Below are positions 18,104-28,500 of a stretch of 64,000 bases of DNA, piece by piece; the first letter of the stretch is position 1, and every line of letters begins with the position of its first letter. This stretch comes from Patescibacteria group bacterium (GTDB lineage Bacteria > Patescibacteriota > Patescibacteriia > UBA10025 > JAHIVO01): assembly GCA_041650915.1 (NCBI GenBank), contig JBAZKE010000001.1, positions 187,284 to 251,283 of the forward strand, read 5' to 3'. Both the position numbers and the translations under genes were made by a program. The notes beneath the pieces are model-generated. The model saw nothing but the letters and a program-made list of their open reading frames with translations, was not told the origin of the DNA and searched no databases.

Positions 18104-19429
18104 TTAACGCCTTTTTTGAAGAAGCATGGTTATAGGGGTGCCGGTGAACCCGACCTGGCTGCGAATTCTTTTCTCGAGCAGGTTGAGGTACGCCGGGTTG
18201 ATTCTGTCCGGCCGTTTTACGGTGAGCGTGAACGTGGGCGGAGCAGTTTCTGCCTGTTGCAAGCTGAGGAGGGTTGCATTTTTTTTCCCCTTTGCAGGCT
18301 TGCCCACTTTAAGAGGAGTTGCTGCCAGGATCGCGTCGAGCGTTTCTTGGGGCACAATTTTATTCCGTTCCCGGACTACCTCGATTGCCTTCTGCAGCAG
18401 CTTTCCCACCCGGATTTTTTTCAGCGCCGAAACGAATTCGAGCGGCGCCCAGCCGAGGGAGGGGAAATAACGGCCGTAGGATTTCCGTATGCTCCGCATC
18501 GCCTCTTCTGTTTTTTCTTCAGCGAGGTCCCATTTGTTTGCGATGATGATGATGCTGTTTCGCTCGCGGAGCGCAATTTCGGCGATTGCCTGATCTTGGC
18601 TCGAGAGCGGTTCTGAAACGTCGGTTACGAGCAGCGAAATTGCAGACCGCTTGATTGCGTGGAGGGTACGCTCCACGCTCTCGCGTTCGAGCGGATCCGC
18701 CTTTCCTCTCTTTTTTCGCATGCCCGCAGTGTCGACGAGCTTAAAATTGCTGCCGCGGTACGTGAAGGGGATATCATTTGGTTCTCTCGTCGTATGGGGG
18801 ATTGGCGTAACGAGTACACGCTCTTGTCCGAGGATTGCATTGAGGAGTGAAGACTTCCCTACATTTGTTTTTCCGATGATTGAGAGTATGATGTCGGTCG
18901 GCTTTTCCATGACCTTCCTGCGGGGGAGTTCCGCAACAACTGCGTCGAGGAGGTCGCCCGTTCCGATGCCTGAGACGGCGGAAACGTAGAACAGGGGCCC
19001 GAGGCCGAGCTTGGAAAAATCAGGGGAAGCTTGCCTGCGCAGCTCGGGACTGTCGAGCTTGTTGAGCACGACGAGTTTCTTGAGGTTGGAATTTTGTTTG
19101 AGTGTACGCGCGATCGTTCTGTCTTTGCCCGTCAGTTCTGTCCGCCCGTCAATGACGAAGAGGGCTAGGTCTGCTCTGCTGATCGCCCTGTACGCGTGAT
19201 CCTGTACGTACCGTTCGATTTCGCCGAGCCGTGCGGCATCGAGCCCTCCGGTATCGATAAGCTCGAATGTGGTACCCCTCCATTCAATTGTTGCGTAATT
19301 TAAATCACGAGTCGTTCCGGGAGTACTCGATACGATCGCCCTCGTTGCATCTGAGAGCGTATTGAATAGTGTTGACTTGCCAGCGTTGATCCGCCCTACG
19401 AGGACCACCTTTGGAATGCGTTTGCCCAT
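18104..19429 (-). CDS. der: Ribosome biogenesis GTPase Der (EngA)
   Basis: Two G domains: GRINAGKS/DTGG/NKLD and GKTNVGKS/DTAG/NKWD. Confidence 0.95.
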   Translation of the reverse strand: MGKRIPKVVLVGRINAGKSTLFNTLSDATRAIVSSTPGTTRDLNYATIEWRGTTFELIDTGGLDAARLGEIERYVQDHAYRAISRADLALFVIDGRTELTGKDRTIARTLKQNSNLKKLVVLNKLDSPELRRQASPDFSKLGLGPLFYVSAVSGIGTGDLLDAVVAELPRRKVMEKPTDIILSIIGKTNVGKSSLLNAILGQERVLVTPIPHTTREPNDIPFTYRGSNFKLVDTAGMRKKRGKADPLERESVERTLHAIKRSAISLLVTDVSEPLSSQDQAIAEIALRERNSIIIIANKWDLAEEKTEEAMRSIRKSYGRYFPSLGWAPLEFVSALKKIRVGKLLQKAIEVVRERNKIVPQETLDAILAATPLKVGKPAKGKKNATLLSLQQAETAPPTFTLTVKRPDRINPAYLNLLEKRIRSQVGFTGTPITMLLQKRR

Positions 19430-19440
19430 ACGGTTTTTCT

Positions 19441-20958
19441 TTAGCTGGTTGCGGCAGGTTTGCTGCTGAGCTGTGGATCGGCGGTAAAATCCGTGCCGAG
19501 AATGATCAGAATATCGATTTCCTCACCCGTTGCATTGATATTTGCACTATTGATAGGGCTTGCGATGGTTTCATAGCTCACATCGCTGTTGACCATGAAG
19601 GCGGGAAGCGTTGGCGAGATCGGCGCTTGCAGGTAGTTTTTCAAGCTTACGACCGTATAAGGCTTTACGCCGCCTGAGAGATCGTAAATTGTCGTCGTTG
19701 TCACCTCTTGCTCGAGGTTCGCGTTGCCTACCTTCACAACATTATAGTGGAGGTCTAAGAGCTGCTCGGCGGTTTCGCTTGCCAGGCCAGCCTGTGCGGT
19801 ACTGTTCTGGATCTCGATGCGGGCGCCTTCTCGCATGAGATAGCTTGCATTGAATATATTTTCCGCACGGTATTGGATTTCACTGTAGTCACCGGCTACT
19901 GGCTGCAGTATGTACGCTCCGTCGACGGTTGTTTCTGAGAACAGGAGCCCCCCCTCGCTCGTATCAAGCACTTCGGTGATGAGCATATCGCCCGTCGTGT
20001 CCTTGATAATGTTCGCGAGCCGGAGTATCTCCCAGACTTCAAGGTTAGTCTTATTGTGCTCGCCGAGCGATTCGAGCGCATCAATGAGGCTCGACGGATT
20101 GAGCAGCGTTTTGAGGGACAGTGACTTTTCTTTCAGCGCGAGCAGGACTTTCTGCTGGCGCTGGGAGCGGGCAAAATCAGATCCCTCACCGTTTGTGCCG
20201 TGCCGTGATCGGACGAACTGGAGCGCGGTCTCACCGTCCATCACATTCAGGCCCTCATCAAAGGAAATCGTTTGGAAACCGTAATTGTAATCAGGGTATT
20301 CGTAGTCGGTGAAGCTCTGATCGACATTTACTTTAATGCCGCCGAGATCGTCGATCGCCTTGCGGAATCCTTCGAAATCTATTCTCGCGTAGTAGTGGAT
20401 CGGCTGATCCACAACGGTGTTGACGACTTGAGCGAGCAGCGCTTCCCCGCCGCCCGGATAATCCGAATTCATGCCGAACGCGAGAGCGTTATTTATTTTA
20501 CGCCAGCCGAACTCGGGAATCTCGACGTAAAGGTCGCGGGGTATCGACATCATCGCCACCTCGCCTGTCGACGGTTTGATACTCGCGAAGATTATCGTAT
20601 CGGCGAGGTATGCCCCGTCATGGCCTGCTCCGCCGATGCCCGCGAGGAGGATGTTGATGCGGTCGTCAGCTTCGCCGCGGAGCTCTTTATCGGGGTTGGC
20701 TACGAGGTGCCTGATCTGTTCAAAGAAGCCGACCTTCTTTCCCGATGCGTCATTTGTGCTGTTGATGGCCAAGACAACCTTGGTCAGCAAGCCAATGCTG
20801 ATGATCAGTGCGATAGCAAAAATAACAATCGTCGTTCGCCATATCCACGACGTCTTTTTCTTTGGTTTTGTTTCTCCGCCTGACGGTCCGTGAGCTGGTC
20901 CTTCGGCAGGTTCAGGAATGGAAATTTTTCCTTCCTTAGTCTTGATCAAATTTGGCAT
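19441..20958 (-). CDS. LCP (LytR-CpsA-Psr) family protein with LytR_C domain
   Basis: Single TM; INILLAG, ADTI, SIPRDLYV, ALQFVRSRH, SDFARSQRQQ; C-terminal EIQNST..GLA and ILIILGTDF. Confidence 0.92.
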   Translation of the reverse strand: MPNLIKTKEGKISIPEPAEGPAHGPSGGETKPKKKTSWIWRTTIVIFAIALIISIGLLTKVVLAINSTNDASGKKVGFFEQIRHLVANPDKELRGEADDRINILLAGIGGAGHDGAYLADTIIFASIKPSTGEVAMMSIPRDLYVEIPEFGWRKINNALAFGMNSDYPGGGEALLAQVVNTVVDQPIHYYARIDFEGFRKAIDDLGGIKVNVDQSFTDYEYPDYNYGFQTISFDEGLNVMDGETALQFVRSRHGTNGEGSDFARSQRQQKVLLALKEKSLSLKTLLNPSSLIDALESLGEHNKTNLEVWEILRLANIIKDTTGDMLITEVLDTSEGGLLFSETTVDGAYILQPVAGDYSEIQYRAENIFNASYLMREGARIEIQNSTAQAGLASETAEQLLDLHYNVVKVGNANLEQEVTTTTIYDLSGGVKPYTVVSLKNYLQAPISPTLPAFMVNSDVSYETIASPINSANINATGEEIDILIILGTDFTADPQLSSKPAATS

Positions 20959-21142
20959 ACAGTGCGTTCATTATAATAGAAAAGGCGCGTTCAGTCAAAG
21001 GTTATTGCGGAAATATCGTACTTCTCAGCACAGCTGAAACCGAGCCGTCAGGTTCAACCAGTAGTACGTGCTCACTGCGCATACTTTTTCGCTTCGGTTT
21101 GTTGTGCGGCGGTACGTAGTGGTGGTACAATGCAGCTACCAT

Positions 21143-21871
21143 ATGCGTTCAACAGTTATACTTCCGACGTACAACGAGCGTGAAAACCTTCGGGAAATCG
21201 TAGAGAAAGTTTTATCGCAAGGCATCCAGGATTTAAGCATTCTGGTCGTCGATGACGATTCCCCGGACGGCACCGGGAACATTGCCGATGAGCTCGCGAT
21301 GTCATATCCTGCGGTGAGCGTTCTGCACCGTCCGCATAAAGAAGGGCTCGGGAGAGCTTACATCGCAGGCTTCCGCCGCACGCTTGAGGATCCGAGCGTG
21401 GAACTAATTTTTGAAATGGATGCCGATCACTCGCACCAGCCGAAGTATCTGCCGCTGCTGATTGAAGCAGCAGCTGGAGCCGATGTCGTGTTGGGATCCC
21501 GGTACATGGAGGGCGGTGGCGTTCAGAACTGGGGCGCCTTCAGGCGGTTCATCAGCTGGTTTGCCAACACAACGATTCGGTGGATTCTCGGCGTGCCGAT
21601 CAGGGACCTCACCGGAGGCTTCAAGTGTTTTCACCGGCGGGTTCTTGAGGCGCTTGATCTCGATCGCGTGGCTTCGAGAGGCTACAATTTTCAGATCGAG
21701 ATGACGTACGAGGTCTACATCCGTGGCTATACGGTCCGCGAGATTCCGATCGTGTTTATTGAGCGCCGGGCGGGCAGCTCAAAGTTCAGCATCATGATCA
21801 TGCTCGAGAGCTTCGTGCAGGTGCTCCTCCTCAGATTCAGGCAGCGCATCCGCCGGAACGGAGGGAAGTAG
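21143..21871 (+). CDS. Polyprenol monophosphomannose synthase-like GT2 glycosyltransferase
   Basis: LPTYNEREN, VDDDSPDGT, MDADHSH, DLTGGFKCF, EIPIVFIER; start set at ATG 21143. Confidence 0.9.
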   Translation: MRSTVILPTYNERENLREIVEKVLSQGIQDLSILVVDDDSPDGTGNIADELAMSYPAVSVLHRPHKEGLGRAYIAGFRRTLEDPSVELIFEMDADHSHQPKYLPLLIEAAAGADVVLGSRYMEGGGVQNWGAFRRFISWFANTTIRWILGVPIRDLTGGFKCFHRRVLEALDLDRVASRGYNFQIEMTYEVYIRGYTVREIPIVFIERRAGSSKFSIMIMLESFVQVLLLRFRQRIRRNGGK

Positions 21872-21896
21872 CACGGCAATGCAGGGCAGATTGCCT

Positions 21897-21925
21897 TTGA
21901 CTTTTCCTTTTTTTAGTGCTATAAT
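21897..21925 (+). promoter_or_regulatory. Sigma70 promoter for the tRNA-Val pair
   Basis: TTGACT-N17-TATAAT with extended TG. Confidence 0.7.
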
Positions 21926-22002
21926 TTTGCTATTGCGTTTATTTTATATTGATTTTATTGAGCGAAATACTGTTGTACATTTTCCCCACGGAACGCGTGT
22001 GT

Positions 22003-22076
22003 GGGCGAGTAGCTCAGTTGGTTAGAGCGTACGATTCACATTCGTAAGGTCATAGGTTCGACTCCTATCTCGCCCA
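22003..22076 (+). tRNA. tRNA-Val(CAC), CCA not encoded
   Basis: GGGCGAGTAGCTCAGTTGGTTAGAGCG-TACGA-TTCACAT-TCGTA...GGTTCGACTCCTATCTCGCCCA. Confidence 0.92.
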
Positions 22077-22110
22077 TGGAAAAATTGGCAGTAATTTCAT
22101 AAAAAACCGG

Positions 22111-22187
22111 GGGCGGTTAGCTCAGCTGGCTAGAGCGTCTGCTCGACACGCAGGAGGTCAGTGGTTCGAGTCCACTACCGCCCACCA
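22111..22187 (+). tRNA. tRNA-Val(GAC)
   Basis: GGGCGGTTAGCTCAGCTGGCTAGAGCG-TCTGC-TCGACAC-GCAGG...ACCGCCCACCA. Confidence 0.95.
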
Positions 22188-22202
22188 TTGTATCCGATAT
22201 CT

Positions 22203-22856
22203 ATGAGACTATCATTTGGGCGCGGTGAAACCCGCGACAGGAAGATTCAAGAAGAGAAGAGGCTGCAGCGCGCTTCAGACGTGCCTGCATTTGCCGAGTC
22301 TCCGAAGAAGTTCATCTTCGAGCTTCTCAAGATCGTACTCATCGCCCTCGCGGTGATCATCCCCGTCCGCTACTTCTTGTTCCAGCCTTTCTACGTGCGG
22401 GGGGCGTCGATGGAGCCGTCATTCCATGATAATGAATATCTGATCATCGATGAGATTACGTATCGGTTTGCAGACCCGCAGCGCGGAGAGGTGGTCGTGG
22501 TCAAGAATCCGGACCGCACCTCGGAGTTTTTTATCAAACGCATCATCGGTTTGCCCGGCGAGACAATTGAGGTAAAAAACGGCGACGTGGTAATTTTTAA
22601 TTCGAGCAAGCCGCTCGGCTTCATTCTTGAAGAACCGTATCTTTCTGAGGAAGTCGTCACGAGAGGCGGGCAACGCACGACACTCGGGCCGGACCAGTAC
22701 TTCGTCATGGGTGATAACCGGTCAGTGAGCCTGGACTCGAGAACCTTCGGCCCGCTTAATTCGTCCTTTATCGTCGGCCGGGCGTGGCTCAGAGTGTGGC
22801 CGTTTGAAGAATTTGAACACTTTACCCCGCCAGCCTATAACTTAAACGGAGCATAG
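22203..22856 (+). CDS. lepB: Signal peptidase I
   Basis: GASMEPS, FIKRIIGLPGE, MGDNRSVSLDSR; start ATG 22203 because the track start lies inside a tRNA. Confidence 0.95.
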   Translation: MRLSFGRGETRDRKIQEEKRLQRASDVPAFAESPKKFIFELLKIVLIALAVIIPVRYFLFQPFYVRGASMEPSFHDNEYLIIDEITYRFADPQRGEVVVVKNPDRTSEFFIKRIIGLPGETIEVKNGDVVIFNSSKPLGFILEEPYLSEEVVTRGGQRTTLGPDQYFVMGDNRSVSLDSRTFGPLNSSFIVGRAWLRVWPFEEFEHFTPPAYNLNGA

Positions 22857-22857
22857 T

Positions 22858-24237
22858 ATGCCAAAGAAGCCAGAAGAAAGAGCAAAGAAGCAGCCCCAGC
22901 TCTTGCGGGGTATGAGGGATATATTGCCTGAGGACCAGCCGTACTGGAATTTTATCCGTACGCGCGTTGCGAGCGTTGCGTCGGCATACAGCTTTGGCCG
23001 CATTGACTGCCCGATACTCGAGGAAGCGTCTCTCTTTATCCGGTCAGTCGGAAAAGATACTGATATCGTCGAGAAAGAAATGTATACCTTTGAAGAAAAG
23101 AGCGGCACCCCGGTCACGATGCGCCCGGAGGGTACGGCAAGCATCTGCCGTGCCTATATCGAGCACGGCATGCTCAACCGGCCCCAGCCGGTGAAGCTAT
23201 ACTACGTTGGGCCTTTTTTTCGGTACGATCGGCCGCAAGCCGGCAGATACCGGCAGTTCTACCAGTTCGGGTTTGAGGCACTCGGTGACGACCATGCGGT
23301 ACTCGATGCCCAGATTATGATGCTCGCGTACAATTTATATGCGGAGGCTGGCATACCCGTTTCGCTGCAGGTGAACAGCATTGGGCATCCTGAGTGCCGA
23401 GATGGTTATCGGAAAGCGCTCGTAGATTACTACCGGACACGGAAGAATGCGCTCTGTGAAGAGTGCAAGCGCCGGCTCCTCAAGAATCCATTGCGGCTCT
23501 TGGACTGCAAGGAGCCGGACTGCCAGGTGCTCGCGCAGGATGCGCCGCAAACCGTTGACTACCTGTGCGAGGATTGCAATAAGCATTTCGTGACCGTTCT
23601 GGAGCACCTTGATGAGCTCGATATTTCGTACGTGCTTAATACGAGGCTTGTGCGGGGGCTCGACTACTATTCGGGTACCGTTTTTGAGCTGTGGCCGGAA
23701 ACGAGTGAGGCGGGTGAGAACCAGGTGAAGGCATCATCCCAGTCAGCGCTCGGCGGCGGCGGCCGGTACGATTATCTCATTGAGTCGCTCGGCGGCCAGC
23801 CGACACCGGCGATCGGATTTTCAGGAGGCATTGAGCGGATGATCGTCGAGCTCAAGCGGCGGCAGAGCGATATTGGGAAGGGGCCATTGCCCGATATCTT
23901 CGTGGCGCAGCTCGGGGATGCCGCACGCAAAAAATCACTCAAGCTCTTCGAAGACTTGCGCCGTTCCAGCTTTAAGGTCGCCGAGAGTTTTTCCAAAGAC
24001 GGCCTCAAGCCGCAGATGGAGATGGCGCACAAGCTGGGCGCAAAATTTGCACTTATACTCGGGCAGAAGGAGATCATGGACGATACGATACTCATCAGAG
24101 ACATGGAGAGCGGCATTCAGGAAACCGTACATTACGCGAAGGCAAGTGAAGAGATAAAACGCCGCCTCGAGAAGTATATGGTTGTTCATAGGGACAGGGT
24201 ACAGGAGCAAGAGCAAACCAAGGAACATAATGGGTAG
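22858..24237 (+). CDS. hisS: Histidine--tRNA ligase
   Basis: RPEGTA, FRYDRPQAGRYRQFYQ, LVRGLDYY, GGGGRYD, GIER. Confidence 0.97.
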   Translation: MPKKPEERAKKQPQLLRGMRDILPEDQPYWNFIRTRVASVASAYSFGRIDCPILEEASLFIRSVGKDTDIVEKEMYTFEEKSGTPVTMRPEGTASICRAYIEHGMLNRPQPVKLYYVGPFFRYDRPQAGRYRQFYQFGFEALGDDHAVLDAQIMMLAYNLYAEAGIPVSLQVNSIGHPECRDGYRKALVDYYRTRKNALCEECKRRLLKNPLRLLDCKEPDCQVLAQDAPQTVDYLCEDCNKHFVTVLEHLDELDISYVLNTRLVRGLDYYSGTVFELWPETSEAGENQVKASSQSALGGGGRYDYLIESLGGQPTPAIGFSGGIERMIVELKRRQSDIGKGPLPDIFVAQLGDAARKKSLKLFEDLRRSSFKVAESFSKDGLKPQMEMAHKLGAKFALILGQKEIMDDTILIRDMESGIQETVHYAKASEEIKRRLEKYMVVHRDRVQEQEQTKEHNG

Positions 24238-24571
24238 CTGTATTTTTTGCAGTATCATCAAGGGCGAGGTAGCGTCTGAGATCGTTTATGAGTCAGACGA
24301 GTTCATCGTGATCAAAGATATCGCGCCGAAGGCGCCCGTACACCTGCTGTTGATGCCGAAACGCCACATTGAGACGCTCAATGATATGCGGAGTTCAGAC
24401 AGCGCGCTGCTCGGAGCCATGCACTATAAGGCTATTCAGCTTGCTGCCCGGTTTGGAATTGCAGAGAGTGGGTATAAAATCATCACGAATACCGGGGCAG
24501 ATGGCGGACAGGTAGTCAAGCATGTGCACATTCACCTGCTCGGCGGTAAAAAATTATCAGGGGAAGTATAG
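24230..24571 (+). CDS. Histidine triad (HIT) nucleotide-binding protein
   Basis: CIFCSI, DIAPKAPVH, HVHIHLLGG; start ATG 24230 overlaps the hisS stop. Confidence 0.93.
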   Translation: MGSCIFCSIIKGEVASEIVYESDEFIVIKDIAPKAPVHLLLMPKRHIETLNDMRSSDSALLGAMHYKAIQLAARFGIAESGYKIITNTGADGGQVVKHVHIHLLGGKKLSGEV

Positions 24572-24743
24572 AGGGGGGGGGGGCAACAAGCCTGCCGCGG
24601 CAAGGAACCTTATTTTCCAGGCTTTTTAAGTTTTGCATCAAGTTTGACATTCGGTATAATCGCGTGTTATATTAAATAAGCAATTTGACAGTCGGTATGA
24701 GGTTTCATTCATTCATTAATCCAATTAGGGAGGTGAATTTTTT

Positions 24744-25031
24744 GTGGTCGAAGTAAAGAAACGGGAAGGCGAGTCACCTGAGAGTCTGGTACGGCGGTTT
24801 ACGAAGAAGGTGCAGGCGAGCGGTGTTCTGATTCGGGCAAAGCGCGGGAGGTACCGGGCACCGAAGAAGAGTAAGTTGCAGCTCAAGCAGGAGGCCACGA
24901 GGCGGAAGCAAATCAGGGATAAGAAAGAATTCCTGCGCAAGATTGGCAAGCTCGACGATTTTATTGATCCAAAGCGGCCGAACAAACGGGGGACGATGAA
25001 GAAGCTCTTGCAGGCACGGGTAAAAAAGTAA
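24744..25031 (+). CDS. rpsU: 30S ribosomal protein S21 (bS21-like)
   Basis: VEVKKREGESPESLVRRFTKKVQ, highly basic; HIT-rpsU-yqeY synteny; SD GGAGGTGA before GTG. Confidence 0.85.
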   Translation: MVEVKKREGESPESLVRRFTKKVQASGVLIRAKRGRYRAPKKSKLQLKQEATRRKQIRDKKEFLRKIGKLDDFIDPKRPNKRGTMKKLLQARVKK

Positions 25032-25054
25032 GGTGACGCATCTTTATCCGCCAG

Positions 25055-25504
25055 ATGACTACATTTGAAAAAATTGAAGTCGATATTCAGAAGGCTCAGA
25101 CAGCCCGCGATGTGTTGACGCTGTCAGTGCTGCGACTCGTGAAGAGTGCACTGCATAATTTTGCAATTGAAAAGAGGAAAAAAGATACCGGACTGAGTGA
25201 AGAAGATACGATTGCCGTCCTCGGCACTCAGGCAAAGCAGCGTAAAGATTCAATCGCAGCGTACGAGAAGGGCGGGCGCTCTGATCTCGCCGAGAAAGAA
25301 AAAAATGAGCTGGCAATCATCAGCCGGTACTTGCCCCCCCAGCTGCCGGATGAGGAGATCAAAAAAGTTGTTCATAGAGTTGTGGAGAGTGTTGGCGCTG
25401 GTGCCGATAGCTTCGGCGCGGTTATGGGCAGGTCCATGGCCGAGCTCAAGGGCAGGGCGGACGGCGCTGCCGTTTCTCGCATCGTAAAGGAAGTGCTGGG
25501 TTAG
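25055..25504 (+). CDS. GatB/YqeY domain protein
   Basis: KQRKDSIAAYEKGGRSDLAEKEKNEL, YLPPQL, GAVMG, KGRADG. Confidence 0.93.
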   Translation: MTTFEKIEVDIQKAQTARDVLTLSVLRLVKSALHNFAIEKRKKDTGLSEEDTIAVLGTQAKQRKDSIAAYEKGGRSDLAEKEKNELAIISRYLPPQLPDEEIKKVVHRVVESVGAGADSFGAVMGRSMAELKGRADGAAVSRIVKEVLG

Positions 25505-25580
25505 GCTCGCGCTTAGCAATGAGTGCGGTCGGCGGTTATAAAGACTGACATGATCACGAATGAGTCTTTGAGCACACGCA

Positions 25581-28500
25581 ATGGGTATAGAGAATAAAAA
25601 AAGTTTTCTCCGTGGATTTTCGGCAAGCCTCATCGTTGGCGCGTTTCTGCTGCTGCCGCTCTTTTTTGGCATGAGTAACCCGGTCCACGCGCAGGCTGGC
25701 GTTTCCGGCGAGCTCGGCGCAACATTCGGGCTCGGCACTGCCGACCTCATGTCAACCGTGATCAGCATAGTCCAGTGGTTTCTCGGCTTCCTCGGCCTCA
25801 TTGCCGTCATCATGATCCTGTACGGCGGATTCCTATGGATGACTGCCCGCGGTGATGTGGCGCGGATCGACAAGGCGAAGAAAGTCATCCAGCGGGCGAT
25901 TATTGGGCTCATTATCGTCCTGCTCTCGTGGTCTATCGTAACGTTTATATATAAGGTAGTTAGCGACGCGACAAGTACCCCGCCGCTGCCCGCACACTGC
26001 TCAGATGGCATCCAGAATTTCGATGAAACCGGCGTTGACTGCGGCGGCGTTGACTGCTTGCCGTGCGGGCATATCTTGCCGACCGACGATTTTGAGTGGG
26101 ATGAGAATGAGACATCCTTTGCATCAGGCGGAGACTATGCAACAGACGTAAACCGCTGCAGCCGCATCCAAGCGCTCTTCAACCACAATGTTGACCAGGC
26201 GAGCGTTGATGCGCTCTGGGCGCCTGACAATTCCGGTGAAATATTCGTTGAAGGCTTTACGCCGGTAGGCAGCGTCGAGTGGGTGACCTCCGGGAAGATG
26301 CTCACCTTCAAGCATGATGACGATCTGCTGGGATCGGATCTCGGGCCTGTCGGGTACCGCCTCTGGATGCCGAAAGCGGTTCGGGATACGGATGGATCCG
26401 GCATACTGCTCGAGACCATTTCTACTGGTGTTTCCGGCGAGGGCACCAATCCGCATGGCGGCGGCACGCCGAATGATGCGTTCTATTGGGATTTCCAGAC
26501 CGGCACCGAGATTGACGATGTCATGCCGACTATTACCGATACGTATCCAATATCTGATCTGGCGAGCCCGTGGTATCCGGACCAGAGTGTTGTCCGCGCT
26601 CCCGAAATCGAGATCAGTTTCAATGAGGCGATTGATGCAACGACGATCTATGGGGCGGGTGGGCACCCGATCGCGGGAAATTTTGTGCTCGAGGAGCTCG
26701 CGAGCTTCGGCGGTGCGGTCGTCGGAACGGTACCCGATGCAAATCTCGGGGTAGAGATGATGGCGCAGGGCTTCCGTATCCGGATGGTACCGCCAAATCT
26801 CCTCGAGTCCTGGACATGGTACCGGATCACGATTGATCATATCGAAGACCTCTGCGGCAATCCGATGCCAGGCCCATACGTGTGGGAGTTCCAGACGACC
26901 GACCTCGCACCGGGCGTTTCCGGGTACTACCCGACCGGTTCGAGCGAGTGCCCCGATGTTATTCCCACGATCGTATTCAATACGCAGATGTTCAGTGACC
27001 TTGTCCACATTGAAATAAACGGCTCAGACGGATCGCAATACATCGCTGAAATGCGCCCCTCTAATATTAATCCCGCATCCAATCCGAATTTTATACTTGG
27101 GACGCTGCCTGGCTCCCCGAATATGGGGTACCTGCAGGTGGCCGACCATGCCATGCCGGTTGATAATCGGTTCCGTGTTTTTGAATTCCATCCATCTGAT
27201 ATCGTTTATAATCCTGTCCCCTTGAGCACAAACACAACGTATACCGTCGATGTGACGACTGATAAGCTCATCGATGTTTCCACATACCTGTCGCAGAGCT
27301 GGTCGTTTACTACGGCCGATGCAGCTTCGTGCACCTGTGCGCCGTTTATCACGAGCATAAGCCCGAATGCCGGCCCCCGGGGAGAGTGCATCACGGTACA
27401 TGGGCCGTGCTTCCAGGGCACTCCCGCCAATCCCGCGTCGATTACCAGTTTTACTTTCGTTGATCCTTATGATGGTATCCCTGGCGTTACGACCGCAACG
27501 CCGGACGGTTCAGGGCCGACGTACGTCGCGACCACGCTTCCGCTCGCGTTCAACGACGGAGATTTTGCGCGGCCCCAGATCGAAATTACCTACGATCCGC
27601 CGTCTTCGTTCGGTACCGTGGCGAGCAGCAACGCGAGCGTGGATTACTACGTAGCGACGCCTGATACCGCAACCGGTCCGTGCCTGTTTGGTATTAATCC
27701 GTCATCGGGTTACCACGGAACCGGCGTTAGCCTGACGGGCACCCGCTTCAATCCGACGAGTTCGCTCAAGCGGGTGAATTTCACAGGCGATTTCCAGACC
27801 CTGACGAGCTGGTACGATGATTGGGCAACGACGACCGTACCGGGCGGCGCGGCGTACGGCATCAACCAGGTCAGTATTGAGAATGATGCCGGCCCGAGCA
27901 ATAAAGTTCCTTTTGAAGTGTCTACCATCCCTCCCAACGAGCCGGTCGTCATCAACCACTACCCGATCTGCCAGGACGTGTGCCCCACTGCGCAGGTCGG
28001 CGGTACCATCAGCCTCAACGTGACCGCCAGCATGCTGTACGGCCCGGCGAGTACTGTCCGGCTGTACGAGTGCACGGATGCTACCTGTGCTTCACTGACC
28101 TTCGTTCCGGCAGCTGACGTGGTGTTTACAACTTCTCTTATCGGGGGCAATACCGATTTCAGCATAAACCACAGCACGGGATGGGCGGTGGATACGAACT
28201 ACCGCGTAGTCCTTACGAACGCGATCCAGAGCAGCACGGGGGGTTACCTCTCAACCGTCAACTATACCGATCCGTTTTCCGGTGAGCTCGCGTACTCGTG
28301 GACCTTTAAGACGAAGCCCGATGCCGCAGGGTGCGTTATGGAGACCGTTGAAACAATTCCACCGACGGCCTCCGAGCCGGTTGGAGTGCATATTGATTAC
28401 GTAGCGAACGCGCGGACCGCACCGGACTCGTGCGATCCGTCTGGCCAAATCCTCAATGCAAATCTTTTCACCTGGACTTGGGCTGTTGACGATCCGCTCA

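Noticed and set aside
24649-24677. dif-like site ATTCGGTATAA-TCGCGTG-TTATATTAAAT
   Set aside because: The spacer is 7 nt rather than 6, and the sequence is explained by the rpsU promoter (TTGACA 24644, extended -10 near 24668)
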